A program made the translations under genes and the position numbers. A stretch of 35,733 nt of DNA from an uncultured Candidatus Saccharibacteria bacterium (lineage in GTDB: Bacteria > Patescibacteriota > Minisyncoccia > Sungbacterales > SURF-37), in contig CAYIBD010000001.1 of assembly GCA_964361655.1 (NCBI GenBank), positions 8,626-44,358 on the forward strand, written 5' to 3'. This document shows, one piece after another, positions 7,747 through 16,158 of the stretch. A model generated the notes under the pieces. The model was not told the DNA's origin, ran no database searches, and worked only from the letters and a program-made list of their open reading frames with translations. Every line of letters starts with the position of its first letter. The stretch's first letter is position 1.

Positions 7747-7749
7747 CTC

Positions 7750-9498
7750 ATGAACATCTTGGGGAAACCTATATTCCTGATTTTGCTGGCTGCTTTGGTA
7801 TTGCGCCTGTGGGGGATTGGCTATGGTTTTCCGTTTTTCCTGGTCAACGACGAGCCAGCGCTCGTGCTGGGTGCTTTGAAGATGCTGGAGTTAAGAACAC
7901 TCGTTCCGGCTTGGCATGAGGGGGAGTTCCGGAAGGTCCTGAATTACCCCCCGCTCACGTCCTACTTCTATCTCGTTACGCTCGCGCCAGTGCTGGCCGT
8001 GCACTACGCGCTCTCCGGCTTTCCGCCGCTCATGGAGTACATGGACGCCTTTACGCTTGACCCGAGCTTCCTTTGGATTGCCGCACGGGTCATAAATGCC
8101 ATCCTCGGCGTGGCGGTTGTCTACATCACGTATCGCCTGGCTCGCACCGTGACCGGTTCCGAGCGGGGGGCTCTTTTGGCAGCGATGTTCCTCGCCGTTT
8201 CCTTCTACGAGGTTCAGCTATCACAGGTGGTAAGACACTGGATGCCGGCCTCCCTCCTCCTCGTGTTGGCTTGGCTTGCCGCCGAAGGCGTTCGGGCCAA
8301 GGGCGAACGCCGGTTCTACCTCATCGCCGGCCTCATGACCGGCCTCGGCATGGGCGTAAATACCTCCTCCGCCATCGGACTGTTGCCAGCGCTGTGGTAT
8401 CACTTCGGGGCACGGGGTCGGTCTATGGCGGCGAAGATGCGTTCTTTGCGGCTGTGGCAAATGATCGCCCTCGCGGTGGTCCTTGGGGCAACCTTCATTC
8501 TCCTTTACCCATACGGTTTTACCCGGGGTGAGGGCGCCTCAAGCGTCGGCAGCGATATTGGGAGGCGCTTTTCGTCTCTCGCGAGCCGCTTCATGGCGAT
8601 CCCCGAGTGGGCGAACTTCCTCTTCGGATATGCCAAGCTCCTCCTCTGGTACGAGGCCACGCTTGTTGCCGGAGCGCTCATCGGCGCCTGGGCTCTCCTC
8701 CGCCGCAACGCCTCCTTTGTTCTCCTCGCGATCGTCTTTTGTCTTGTCTACCTCTCGTTGCTCTACTTTTTCTTTAACGCCATCCCCCGGGCGCTCATTT
8801 TCATCCTGCCGCCGCTCGCCGTACTCGCCGGATACGGCGTAGACGAGCTTGTCGCCACGTTTGAGAACCGGCTGCGACCAACGCGGCTGGCTGCGCTCGC
8901 CATTTTCGGTTTGCCATTTTTGATTTTCTTCGCCTACCCGCTCGTTATTGACCTGCGATATGACTATCTCCTCTCGCAATCCGATACGCGCCTCGTTGCC
9001 AAGCGCTGGATTGAATCAAACATTCCACCCGGGACCAAGGTGCTCGCCGACCTCCCCTACCTTCGGCTGATCAATACTAAGGAGGGCATCCGGGAGCTTG
9101 CGGCGATTGACCCCACCGCCCTCCGGGCTCAAGACCGCGTGCTCCTGCGTCGTGACGAAGCCAGTTACCCCAAGCCGGCCTACCATCTCCTGAATCTTCA
9201 CTTTGTGGCGCCGGAGGCACCGGAACGCCGCCTTAGCCTTGGCGACGTCCAACAGAGGGGCTTCCGGTACCTCATGGTGGAGTATGAGTATATGAATGGC
9301 GCTGACCTTGATCCCCATCTCTCCCCCCTCATCGAAGCGGCGCGCCTCGTGAATCGATTCATGCCGTTCCGGGTGGGCGGGGGATTGGAGCGGGCCCTGG
9401 ATATCTCGGGCGAAATTGCAACCATCCACCCCATGGAGCTCTTTTCGCTTGAGCGCTTTGGTCAGATCGTTGAGATTTACGCAATTCCGGAGCGGTAG
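7750..9498 (+). CDS. GT-C membrane glycosyltransferase, ArnT/PMT-like (GT39/GT83-type)
   Basis: 582 aa, with many hydrophobic segments followed by a soluble C-terminal domain. First-loop motif LRLWGIGYGFPFFLVNDEPALV (DE motif) as in ArnT/PMT enzymes. Sits next to a polyprenyl-phosphate GT2. Confidence 0.65.
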   Translation: MNILGKPIFLILLAALVLRLWGIGYGFPFFLVNDEPALVLGALKMLELRTLVPAWHEGEFRKVLNYPPLTSYFYLVTLAPVLAVHYALSGFPPLMEYMDAFTLDPSFLWIAARVINAILGVAVVYITYRLARTVTGSERGALLAAMFLAVSFYEVQLSQVVRHWMPASLLLVLAWLAAEGVRAKGERRFYLIAGLMTGLGMGVNTSSAIGLLPALWYHFGARGRSMAAKMRSLRLWQMIALAVVLGATFILLYPYGFTRGEGASSVGSDIGRRFSSLASRFMAIPEWANFLFGYAKLLLWYEATLVAGALIGAWALLRRNASFVLLAIVFCLVYLSLLYFFFNAIPRALIFILPPLAVLAGYGVDELVATFENRLRPTRLAALAIFGLPFLIFFAYPLVIDLRYDYLLSQSDTRLVAKRWIESNIPPGTKVLADLPYLRLINTKEGIRELAAIDPTALRAQDRVLLRRDEASYPKPAYHLLNLHFVAPEAPERRLSLGDVQQRGFRYLMVEYEYMNGADLDPHLSPLIEAARLVNRFMPFRVGGGLERALDISGEIATIHPMELFSLERFGQIVEIYAIPER

Positions 9499-9511
9499 TA
9501 GGGGGTAGGGT

Positions 9512-10915
9512 ATGGTGGAAGAGCGGCGTTACTCATTCCTCGAGCTTTCGGTTCAGAGCTTGGCCCGGGGCCAGTTCTGGGGCCTGCTTTCGCGCGGCCT
9601 CGCCTTTGCGGCCGCATTCATCATCCTCGCCAAGCTTTCGGTCTACCAGTTCGGGCTCTACCAGTTGGCGCTCGCGGCCGTGGCCATCATCGGCTCTTTC
9701 ACTACTGGGTTCTTTGACGAGATCGTCTCGGTTGACCTCGCGCGCTCCTTTGCCCAAAAGCGCATTGGCGAGGGCCGCCGGCTCTTCCACGAGTTTGCCG
9801 GCCTGAAGCTCCTCATGGCTGTTCTCGCTTTTTCCGTCCTCATGGCCGGCGCCGAGGTGATTGCGCGCTTCTACGATCGTGACATCGCCGGTTTGGTGCG
9901 CATCGCAAGCTTCCTCATACCCATCGCGAGCCTACGCAACATCCAAACGACGTTTTTCGGCACCACACTCTCCTTTGTCACGTTCGGCGTCATCGCCATT
10001 CAGGATGGGATTCGCATTCTCCTCTTACTGGGATTGCTGTGGGTTGATCGGTTGGGGCTGGCCGAGGTGCTCTTGGCTAACGTCGCCGCCGCGGGTATCG
10101 TGCTCGTATACACGAGCTACTTTTTCCTCCGCGAGTACCGTCGCTTCTTCCGTAGCGCCGCTGCCGCGGCGGGCTGGCCCCTCATCAAGATTTTTCGGGA
10201 GTTCGGATTCTGGGTGTCGCTGCGCTATGCGTTCATGCGGGCGTATAAGAACGTTGGCGTTTGGTTCGTTGGGTTTTTCCTGGGCGCAGAAGCCGTGGCC
10301 TTCTACGCCATCCTCATGAATCTGGCCACGGCGGCTCAGACCTTTATCCCGACCAACATCATCGGCGGCCTCCTGCCGTGGGAAGTTGGCCGGCCGCGGC
10401 GCCTCGGCTTCATCTACCGCCGCATCTTGAAATACGGGGTGTGGGCCGGCCTGGCAATCGCCGTTGGCGTTGCGGTTCTGGCTCGGCCGCTCGTAGCGCT
10501 CCTCCTCCCCAAATACCTGCCGGCCATGGGGTACCTCGAGGTTATGGCGTTCACCCTGCCGCTCTATGCCGTCTATAAGTCCCAGAAGGTGTTTCTGACC
10601 GCGCTCCGCGAGCAGAAGATCCTGGCTCTCCGTATTTTTGCCGAAGCCGTCATCACGGCCGTCCTCCTCGTTATCTTCCTGCCACTCGTCGGTCTCTGGG
10701 CCATCATCATTGAGTACGTTGCCGCGTACCTCTACCGCGTGACGTTTTACACCGTCTATCTTCGGAAGGCCTACCCGGCCCTCCGGCTAAAGCTCCGGGA
10801 GTTCTTTGCCTTTGACCGCGATGACCGCGCCTTTCTTGCCCGGGCGATGGGCGAGCTCCGCGAGCCGAAGCGCTGGTTGAGACCAGCACGGGTAGACATC
10901 AGTACACTGCCGTGA
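9512..10915 (+). CDS. Wzx-like flippase (MOP superfamily polysaccharide biosynthesis protein)
   Basis: 467 aa, hydrophobic along the whole length (12-14 probable TM segments), in a glycan-cluster context. Upstream GGGGGTAGGG is SD-like. Confidence 0.6.
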   Translation: MVEERRYSFLELSVQSLARGQFWGLLSRGLAFAAAFIILAKLSVYQFGLYQLALAAVAIIGSFTTGFFDEIVSVDLARSFAQKRIGEGRRLFHEFAGLKLLMAVLAFSVLMAGAEVIARFYDRDIAGLVRIASFLIPIASLRNIQTTFFGTTLSFVTFGVIAIQDGIRILLLLGLLWVDRLGLAEVLLANVAAAGIVLVYTSYFFLREYRRFFRSAAAAAGWPLIKIFREFGFWVSLRYAFMRAYKNVGVWFVGFFLGAEAVAFYAILMNLATAAQTFIPTNIIGGLLPWEVGRPRRLGFIYRRILKYGVWAGLAIAVGVAVLARPLVALLLPKYLPAMGYLEVMAFTLPLYAVYKSQKVFLTALREQKILALRIFAEAVITAVLLVIFLPLVGLWAIIIEYVAAYLYRVTFYTVYLRKAYPALRLKLREFFAFDRDDRAFLARAMGELREPKRWLRPARVDISTLP

Positions 10916-12015
10916 AGGTCTGCTTCCTCAACCATAACCTCCGTGAGTCGAGCGGTGCGGGCCGATTCGCGTTGGCACTCGTCACCAACTTGAAAAAGTT
11001 TAACCCGGCCCTCCAAGCCGTGGTGCTTACCACGAGTGGCTGCCATCATCCCTGGGAGCAGCCCATCCTGCCATCACATCCCCTCCGGTTCCTCCCGGCC
11101 CTGGCCCGAGTCCGGAAGATGTTCCGGCGCTCGGACCTCATCCACGCACTTGACGGCTGGCCCTACGGCGTCATCGCCGCGCTTGCGAATCTCGCCCTCG
11201 GCAAGCCCCTTCTCATCACCGCCATCGGCACGGGGGCGATCCAGCCGCTGTACCGGCGGTATGGCTGGCTTCTGGCCTGGGCGTACCGACGGGCCAATCG
11301 CGTCGTGGCCATCTCCGATTACACCCGGCGCGAAGTCGTTAAAAAAGTTGCCGGGCTTGAGATTGACGTCATCAACCATGCCGTCTCGAGCGAGGAATTC
11401 GAGCGGCCGCTCTGGGATGGCGTGGCTGCCGGAGATCGGGCTCGGATCGAGGGCTGGAGGCCCTTCATCCTGTCCGTGGGCTCGCCCAAGGCGCGAAAGG
11501 GGTTCACCGTTTCCATCCGCGCCTTTGCCGAGATCGTGCCGCAGCGGCCAGAACTCCGCTACGTGATGGTCGGCAGCGGCGGGCCGGCGATCCGGGGGCT
11601 GGTCCGCGAGCTCGGCCTTGAAGACCGCGTGGTCATGGTGAAGCATGTGCCGCGGCCGTTCCTGGTAGGGCTCTACCGCAATGCGGAACTCTTCATGCTC
11701 TTGCCGTATGATGTGGACAAAGACGTCGAGGGGTTTGGGTTTGTGTTTCTGGAGGCCGCGGCTGCCGGTCTCCCGGTGATCGGCACCCGCGAGTCGGGTG
11801 CTGAAGACGCCCTCTCCCACGGAGAGAACGGCTTTCTCGTACCGCCGCAGGATCCTCCCGCCGCCGCCGAGGCCGCAATCCGCATTCTTTCCTCGCCGGA
11901 GCTCAAAGAGCGCTTCAGCCGCGCCTCACTCGCCTTTGCGCGGGAAATGAACTGGGAGCGGGTTGCTGCCGCTTACCACCACATTTACCGGTCATTATTG
12001 CGCGAGCACCTATGA
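10912..12015 (+). CDS. Glycosyltransferase family 1/4 (GT-B)
   Basis: GTG start at 10912 overlapping the upstream TGA (GTGA). DVEGFGFVFLEAAAAGLPVIGTRESGAEDAL motif. Confidence 0.8.
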   Translation: MKVCFLNHNLRESSGAGRFALALVTNLKKFNPALQAVVLTTSGCHHPWEQPILPSHPLRFLPALARVRKMFRRSDLIHALDGWPYGVIAALANLALGKPLLITAIGTGAIQPLYRRYGWLLAWAYRRANRVVAISDYTRREVVKKVAGLEIDVINHAVSSEEFERPLWDGVAAGDRARIEGWRPFILSVGSPKARKGFTVSIRAFAEIVPQRPELRYVMVGSGGPAIRGLVRELGLEDRVVMVKHVPRPFLVGLYRNAELFMLLPYDVDKDVEGFGFVFLEAAAAGLPVIGTRESGAEDALSHGENGFLVPPQDPPAAAEAAIRILSSPELKERFSRASLAFAREMNWERVAAAYHHIYRSLLREHL

Positions 12016-12917
12016 ATATCTTTCCGACACTCCGGCACTGGCTGCGGAATACCGCCCCGGTGTGGCAGGCCCGCAATGCCGGCGGGCGGCTACGCTACTG
12101 GCAGGAACGGCCCGCGCTTGCGGCGCCCGAAGCGCGGGCCGTGGCGTCACTCCGACAGGATGGCATTACGCTTGCCGCGGTTGATGAAATCTCGCCGCCG
12201 GGCACGTTCGTGGAACTTCAATCCTGGGCCCGTCGCCGCCGCGAACTCCCGGAGATTGAGGCCGCTATCCGCGGACGCGCCGAAGGTAAAGGGCCGGGGC
12301 CAGCCGGGAAAAAAGCGCGGTTCCTCGTTGACCTCTGGGGCGGGCCGCATGAACTGGATCTTGGCAATGCGTTCATCCGGTGGAGCTTGAGCCGGCCGCT
12401 CCTGGCTATCGTCAGTTCCTACCTTGGGCTCGTGCCCCGCTTAAGAGAGTTTTTCCTGGAGGTCACGGTCCCGCGCCGCGGCCTTGGCGATCCGATCGCT
12501 TCGCAGCGCTGGCACCAAGATCCGGATGATAAGAAACTCGTCAAGGTTTTCCTCTATTTAAACGACGTCGATGAAGGCGCCGGCCCCTTCACCTACGTGA
12601 AGGGCTCGCATGCGTCCGGCAGATGGAGGAGCGCATTCCCCTTTGATCCGGATCGCGGCCGGCATCCGGACGCCGCTATGGTCGAACGCCTCGTCCCGCC
12701 CGAAGATCGCATCGTTGCCACCGGTCGGGCTGGCACGGTGATTTTTTGCGATACGTCCGGTGTTCATCGCGGCGGCTATGCCACGATGAACGAGCGCATC
12801 ATGTACACGAGCGTCTACACCACGCCGGCCTCGCGCCTGCCGCAGCGCTATACCGTCCCCCTCGCATTCGAGGGTCAAAACCTAGGTCGGTTGGCTCGGT
12901 ACGCCATTAGACCCTGA
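12012..12917 (+). CDS. Fe(II)/2-oxoglutarate dioxygenase, PhyH (phytanoyl-CoA dioxygenase) family, paralog 1
   Basis: ATGA overlap. SQRWHQDPDDKKLVKVFLYLNDVDEGAGPFTYVKGSH (HxD plus the GP..V.GSH segment) and distal GRAGTVIFCDTSGVHRGG (third His). Confidence 0.75.
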   Translation: MNIFPTLRHWLRNTAPVWQARNAGGRLRYWQERPALAAPEARAVASLRQDGITLAAVDEISPPGTFVELQSWARRRRELPEIEAAIRGRAEGKGPGPAGKKARFLVDLWGGPHELDLGNAFIRWSLSRPLLAIVSSYLGLVPRLREFFLEVTVPRRGLGDPIASQRWHQDPDDKKLVKVFLYLNDVDEGAGPFTYVKGSHASGRWRSAFPFDPDRGRHPDAAMVERLVPPEDRIVATGRAGTVIFCDTSGVHRGGYATMNERIMYTSVYTTPASRLPQRYTVPLAFEGQNLGRLARYAIRP

Positions 12918-12922
12918 TTGGC

Positions 12923-13888
12923 ATGCGGCGATTTGCCAGAGTGATACTCTTAATTCTCGGCACGCTCTACTACCGCATCCGGGGCGTGCGGCCGGTGTGG
13001 CGGTTCCTCAACCGGCAGGGTCGCACGCTTTACGCCCGGCACGCTCTTTCGCTCTCGCCCCTCGAGGCCACGCTCGTGGCATCGCTGCGAGAACGAGGGA
13101 TTGCCGTGGCACACGCCTCCGAGCTTTTCGGCTCTCTTGCCCTCTTGGAGGAACTCCGCCGCTATGCCCTGTCGCGCTGGGAGAACCCCCATATCAGGGC
13201 GGCGGTCCGGGAACGAGAGCAAATTCTGGCAACCGGCAGCAAGCCGAGAATCCGAAAGCCCTTTCTCATTAACCTGTGGGATGGTCCGGCGGTCATTGAT
13301 CTTGCCCATCCGTTTATTCGGTTCAGCTTGAGCGATCCGATCCTCCGGGTTGTCAATGCCTACCTCGGGATGTTTTCGAAATTCCGGTTCTGGCACCTCG
13401 AAGCCACTCTGCCCCTTCCGCCGCGCTTGCGGGCTACGGCTTCCCAGCGCTGGCACCGCGATCCTGAAGATCGGAAGCTGGTCAAGGTATTCGTGTACCT
13501 CAATGACGTGACTGAAGCCGCCGGCCCGTTTACGTACCTCCAGTACTCGCACGACGGCGGCAAATGGCGGGCGCTCTACCCGCAGTCACCCCCGCGCGGT
13601 ACGCTCGCCATGCCACCCCACGCCGAATATTCTCTACCCGAAGAGGACGTAATGAGCTCTACGGGTCGGGCCGGCACCATTATCTTCTGCGACACGAGCG
13701 GTCTCCATAGAGGCGGGCTGGCCCTCGAGCGGCCCCGGATCATGTATACGAGCGTCTACACTTCTCCGGCCTCGGTCTGGCCAATCCGCTACACCTACCC
13801 GTCGGGATTCCATGCCGGCGGGCTTTCCCTGCAGGCGCGTTTTGCGGTTGCCAACGACCCCCGCCAGCGTGCACCGAGATACTACTAG
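12923..13888 (+). CDS. Fe(II)/2-oxoglutarate dioxygenase, PhyH family, paralog 2
   Basis: SQRWHRDPEDRKLVKVFVYLNDVTEAAGPFTYLQYSH and GRAGTIIFCDTSGLHRGG. Collinear with paralog 1. Confidence 0.75.
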   Translation: MRRFARVILLILGTLYYRIRGVRPVWRFLNRQGRTLYARHALSLSPLEATLVASLRERGIAVAHASELFGSLALLEELRRYALSRWENPHIRAAVREREQILATGSKPRIRKPFLINLWDGPAVIDLAHPFIRFSLSDPILRVVNAYLGMFSKFRFWHLEATLPLPPRLRATASQRWHRDPEDRKLVKVFVYLNDVTEAAGPFTYLQYSHDGGKWRALYPQSPPRGTLAMPPHAEYSLPEEDVMSSTGRAGTIIFCDTSGLHRGGLALERPRIMYTSVYTSPASVWPIRYTYPSGFHAGGLSLQARFAVANDPRQRAPRYY

Positions 13889-13912
13889 CGCCGGGGCCAT
13901 ACCTCGCGTCGC

Positions 13913-15049
13913 TCATTTAATGCAGAGGAAGAGGTTGCGTGCGAACTGTACCCGAAACGGCAGGTCGGCTATGGAGACGTCATCGGCCAGCGGCTCGACG
14001 AGGAGCGATCGGCAGCCGCTGCGGCCAGCGAGGCGATCTTGGATTCGCCAGTACCAGTGATAGGGCTTGAGGCCAAAGACCGTGGCAGTATCTTTGGACC
14101 AGAAATAACGGTAGGTGCGGCCAGCATCAAGCGGTTGATCCAGACAAAGCTCGCGCCGGAATTTTATTGTGAGATCGGAGCCGTAATCGCGCGCCGGCGT
14201 TCTCGAATCCACCAACATTGTCGTCCGCTTGGCAATGAGGATGACTTCTGCTTGGTTCGAGAAGCTCGAGTCCACTACCTCGTAGCCGGAGCGGTTGATG
14301 AGTTGGGCGAGGCTCGAGGCGCTGAACGAATGGAGGTGCGGCAGGAAGAGGAGGATATTCATGGCCGGCTCGCCCCACACGTTGGGAACGCCAAGAACCA
14401 GGAGGTCGCCGGACTTTTGGAGGCGCGCGCACGCGGCCAAGACCTCACCGGGATGGTAGGTGTGCTCGAGCACGTGGAAAGCCAAGAGGAGCCGAATCGG
14501 CGCGCGGCGAGCAAGTTCGGACTGGATTGCGGGCGCTTCGAAGTCGCCGCTGAGGATGGGGAAACCCGTGGCGCGCGTTGCGGCTTCGGCTCGGCGGCGC
14601 GAACTCTCGATGCCGATGAGGTTGAGAAAGCCGTTGGCCCGGATAAACTTCAGCATCGTGCCGTACCCGCTCCCGATCTCGACGATGGCGGCACGCGGAT
14701 CGGGCAGCATAGCAAGTGCGCGTTCGATCGCGCTCCGAGCCGGGTTGGACTTTTGTTTCTTGGCGGCAAGTGCCTCCGTGTCCTTCTCGGCGCCATGGCT
14801 CCATACGCGATCGTAGTAGCGGCTGATCCACTCACGGGTGGGCCGGTCAAGGTAGCCGAGGTAGGCGCAGTGGTAGCAGGCGCCAACGCGGATGGCGCGA
14901 TGGCCGTCGGCGGCAGCCAGGCGAACGAATTCAGTCAGGAGCTGGCCGCACGACGGACAGGCTGGCTGGACTTCAGGCGGCATGGACTCCTCAACGGTAA
15001 TCCTCTGCCAGTTGAGGAGCTCCAACGGTTCTGTTACCATGAACCCCAT
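13913..15049 (-). CDS. Class I SAM-dependent methyltransferase with N-terminal Cys4 zinc-ribbon
   Basis: CPSCGQ...CYHCAY zinc-ribbon, then the SAM motif I IVEIGSGYGTMLKF and LLAFHVLEHTYHPGEVL. The track ORF extends to 15217 but would then overlap the divergent gmd start. In-frame ATGs at 15124, 15118, 15097, 15049 and 15040 are all possible, so the start is uncertain. Confidence 0.7.
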   Translation of the reverse strand: MGFMVTEPLELLNWQRITVEESMPPEVQPACPSCGQLLTEFVRLAAADGHRAIRVGACYHCAYLGYLDRPTREWISRYYDRVWSHGAEKDTEALAAKKQKSNPARSAIERALAMLPDPRAAIVEIGSGYGTMLKFIRANGFLNLIGIESSRRRAEAATRATGFPILSGDFEAPAIQSELARRAPIRLLLAFHVLEHTYHPGEVLAACARLQKSGDLLVLGVPNVWGEPAMNILLFLPHLHSFSASSLAQLINRSGYEVVDSSFSNQAEVILIAKRTTMLVDSRTPARDYGSDLTIKFRRELCLDQPLDAGRTYRYFWSKDTATVFGLKPYHWYWRIQDRLAGRSGCRSLLVEPLADDVSIADLPFRVQFARNLFLCIK

Positions 15050-15179
15050 TGCTTGCCCGGTAGCGGGTTTTGACACCGTCGCGGCGCCTTGGTGCATTCC
15101 CCTATGGTAGGAGAGCATTTGCATAGGCACAAGGGAAACAGCGTTTATCCGCAATGGGTTATAGGAATAGGACGACGCC

Positions 15180-16148
15180 ATGGTTGAACGAAAAAAGGCC
15201 TTCATCACCGGTATCACCGGTCAAGACGGTTCGTATATGGCCGAACTCCTTTTAGCCAAGGGCTACGAAGTCCATGGGTTTGTGCGCTGGTCGGCGAACA
15301 ACAACACCAGCCGAATTCAACACCTGATTGATCAAAAAGCCATCATCGTCCACCGCGGCGATGTGAATGATGCGGCGCGAATCGAAGCCGTGGTCGGGCA
15401 GGTTCGGCCGCACGAAATCTACCACCTCGCAGCGCAGTCGCACGTTGGCGTCAGTTTCAGCCAGCCGGAATACACCTTCCAGGTTACCGGGCTTTCCACC
15501 GTGCGCTTTCTTGAGGCCATTCGAAGAATCGATCCAAGGATTAAGTTCTACCAAGCTTCCTCAAGCGAGCTTTTCGGCAACGTGCCGCCGCCGCAGAACG
15601 AAGCGACTCCTTTTCAGCCCGAGAGCCCCTACGGCATTGCCAAGCTCGCTGCCTACCACGCGACGCGCCTGTACCGAGAGGCCTACGGAATTTTTGCCGT
15701 GAACGGCATCCTATTCAATCACGAGAGCCCCCGCCGAGGGGAGGAGTTTGTAACGAGAAAGATCACCATGGCACTCCCTCGCATTAAGGCCGGCAGACAG
15801 AACGAAGTTGTCCTCGGCAATCTCGATGCGCGGCGCGACTGGGGCTATGCCCCAGAGTACATGGAGGCCGTTTGGGGCATGATGCAGTATCCGCGCCCCG
15901 AGGATTTTGTCATTGCCACTGGCGAATCGCACTCAATACATGAGTTCATTGAACAGGCCTTTGGCTATGCCGGGCTTGATTGGCGGGGTCATATCCGCTC
16001 TGATCCGGCCGAGCTCCGGCCCCGAGACGTGAACACCTTGATCGGGGATGCCTCCAAGGCTAAGCGCCTCCTTGGCTGGGAGCCGAAGACTAAGTTCTCG
16101 GAGCTGGTGCGCCTCATGGTGGACGCGGATCTTGGTGGAGCGGTCTAG
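15180..16148 (+). CDS. gmd: GDP-mannose 4,6-dehydratase
   Basis: [48 protein letters not shown] (YxxxK) and NHESPRRG are all hallmark Gmd segments. 322 aa. Confidence 0.9.
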   Translation: MVERKKAFITGITGQDGSYMAELLLAKGYEVHGFVRWSANNNTSRIQHLIDQKAIIVHRGDVNDAARIEAVVGQVRPHEIYHLAAQSHVGVSFSQPEYTFQVTGLSTVRFLEAIRRIDPRIKFYQASSSELFGNVPPPQNEATPFQPESPYGIAKLAAYHATRLYREAYGIFAVNGILFNHESPRRGEEFVTRKITMALPRIKAGRQNEVVLGNLDARRDWGYAPEYMEAVWGMMQYPRPEDFVIATGESHSIHEFIEQAFGYAGLDWRGHIRSDPAELRPRDVNTLIGDASKAKRLLGWEPKTKFSELVRLMVDADLGGAV

Positions 16149-16158
16149 ACGCCCAGCT

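Noticed and set aside
11074-11820. 248-aa minus-strand ORF; similar cases at 4331-4975, 12950-13552, 18525-19151, 20174-20794, 22301-22903, 24497-25120, 29078-29713 and 33292-33882
   Set aside because: All are antisense shadows of well-supported + strand genes and contain no motifs. They are expected from stop-codon depletion at high GC.
13889-13912. Expected bidirectional terminator in the 24-nt convergent gap between PhyH paralog 2 and the methyltransferase
   Set aside because: I could not draw a stable hairpin or find a T/A tract there. Termination signals, if any, must lie inside the coding ends.
14039-15073. 344-aa + strand ORF
   Set aside because: It lies entirely antisense to the methyltransferase gene. 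Its translation is low-complexity and Arg/Ala/Gly-rich with no motif, whereas the minus-strand frame has a zinc-ribbon and a SAM motif I. This is a typical shadow ORF of GC-rich DNA.
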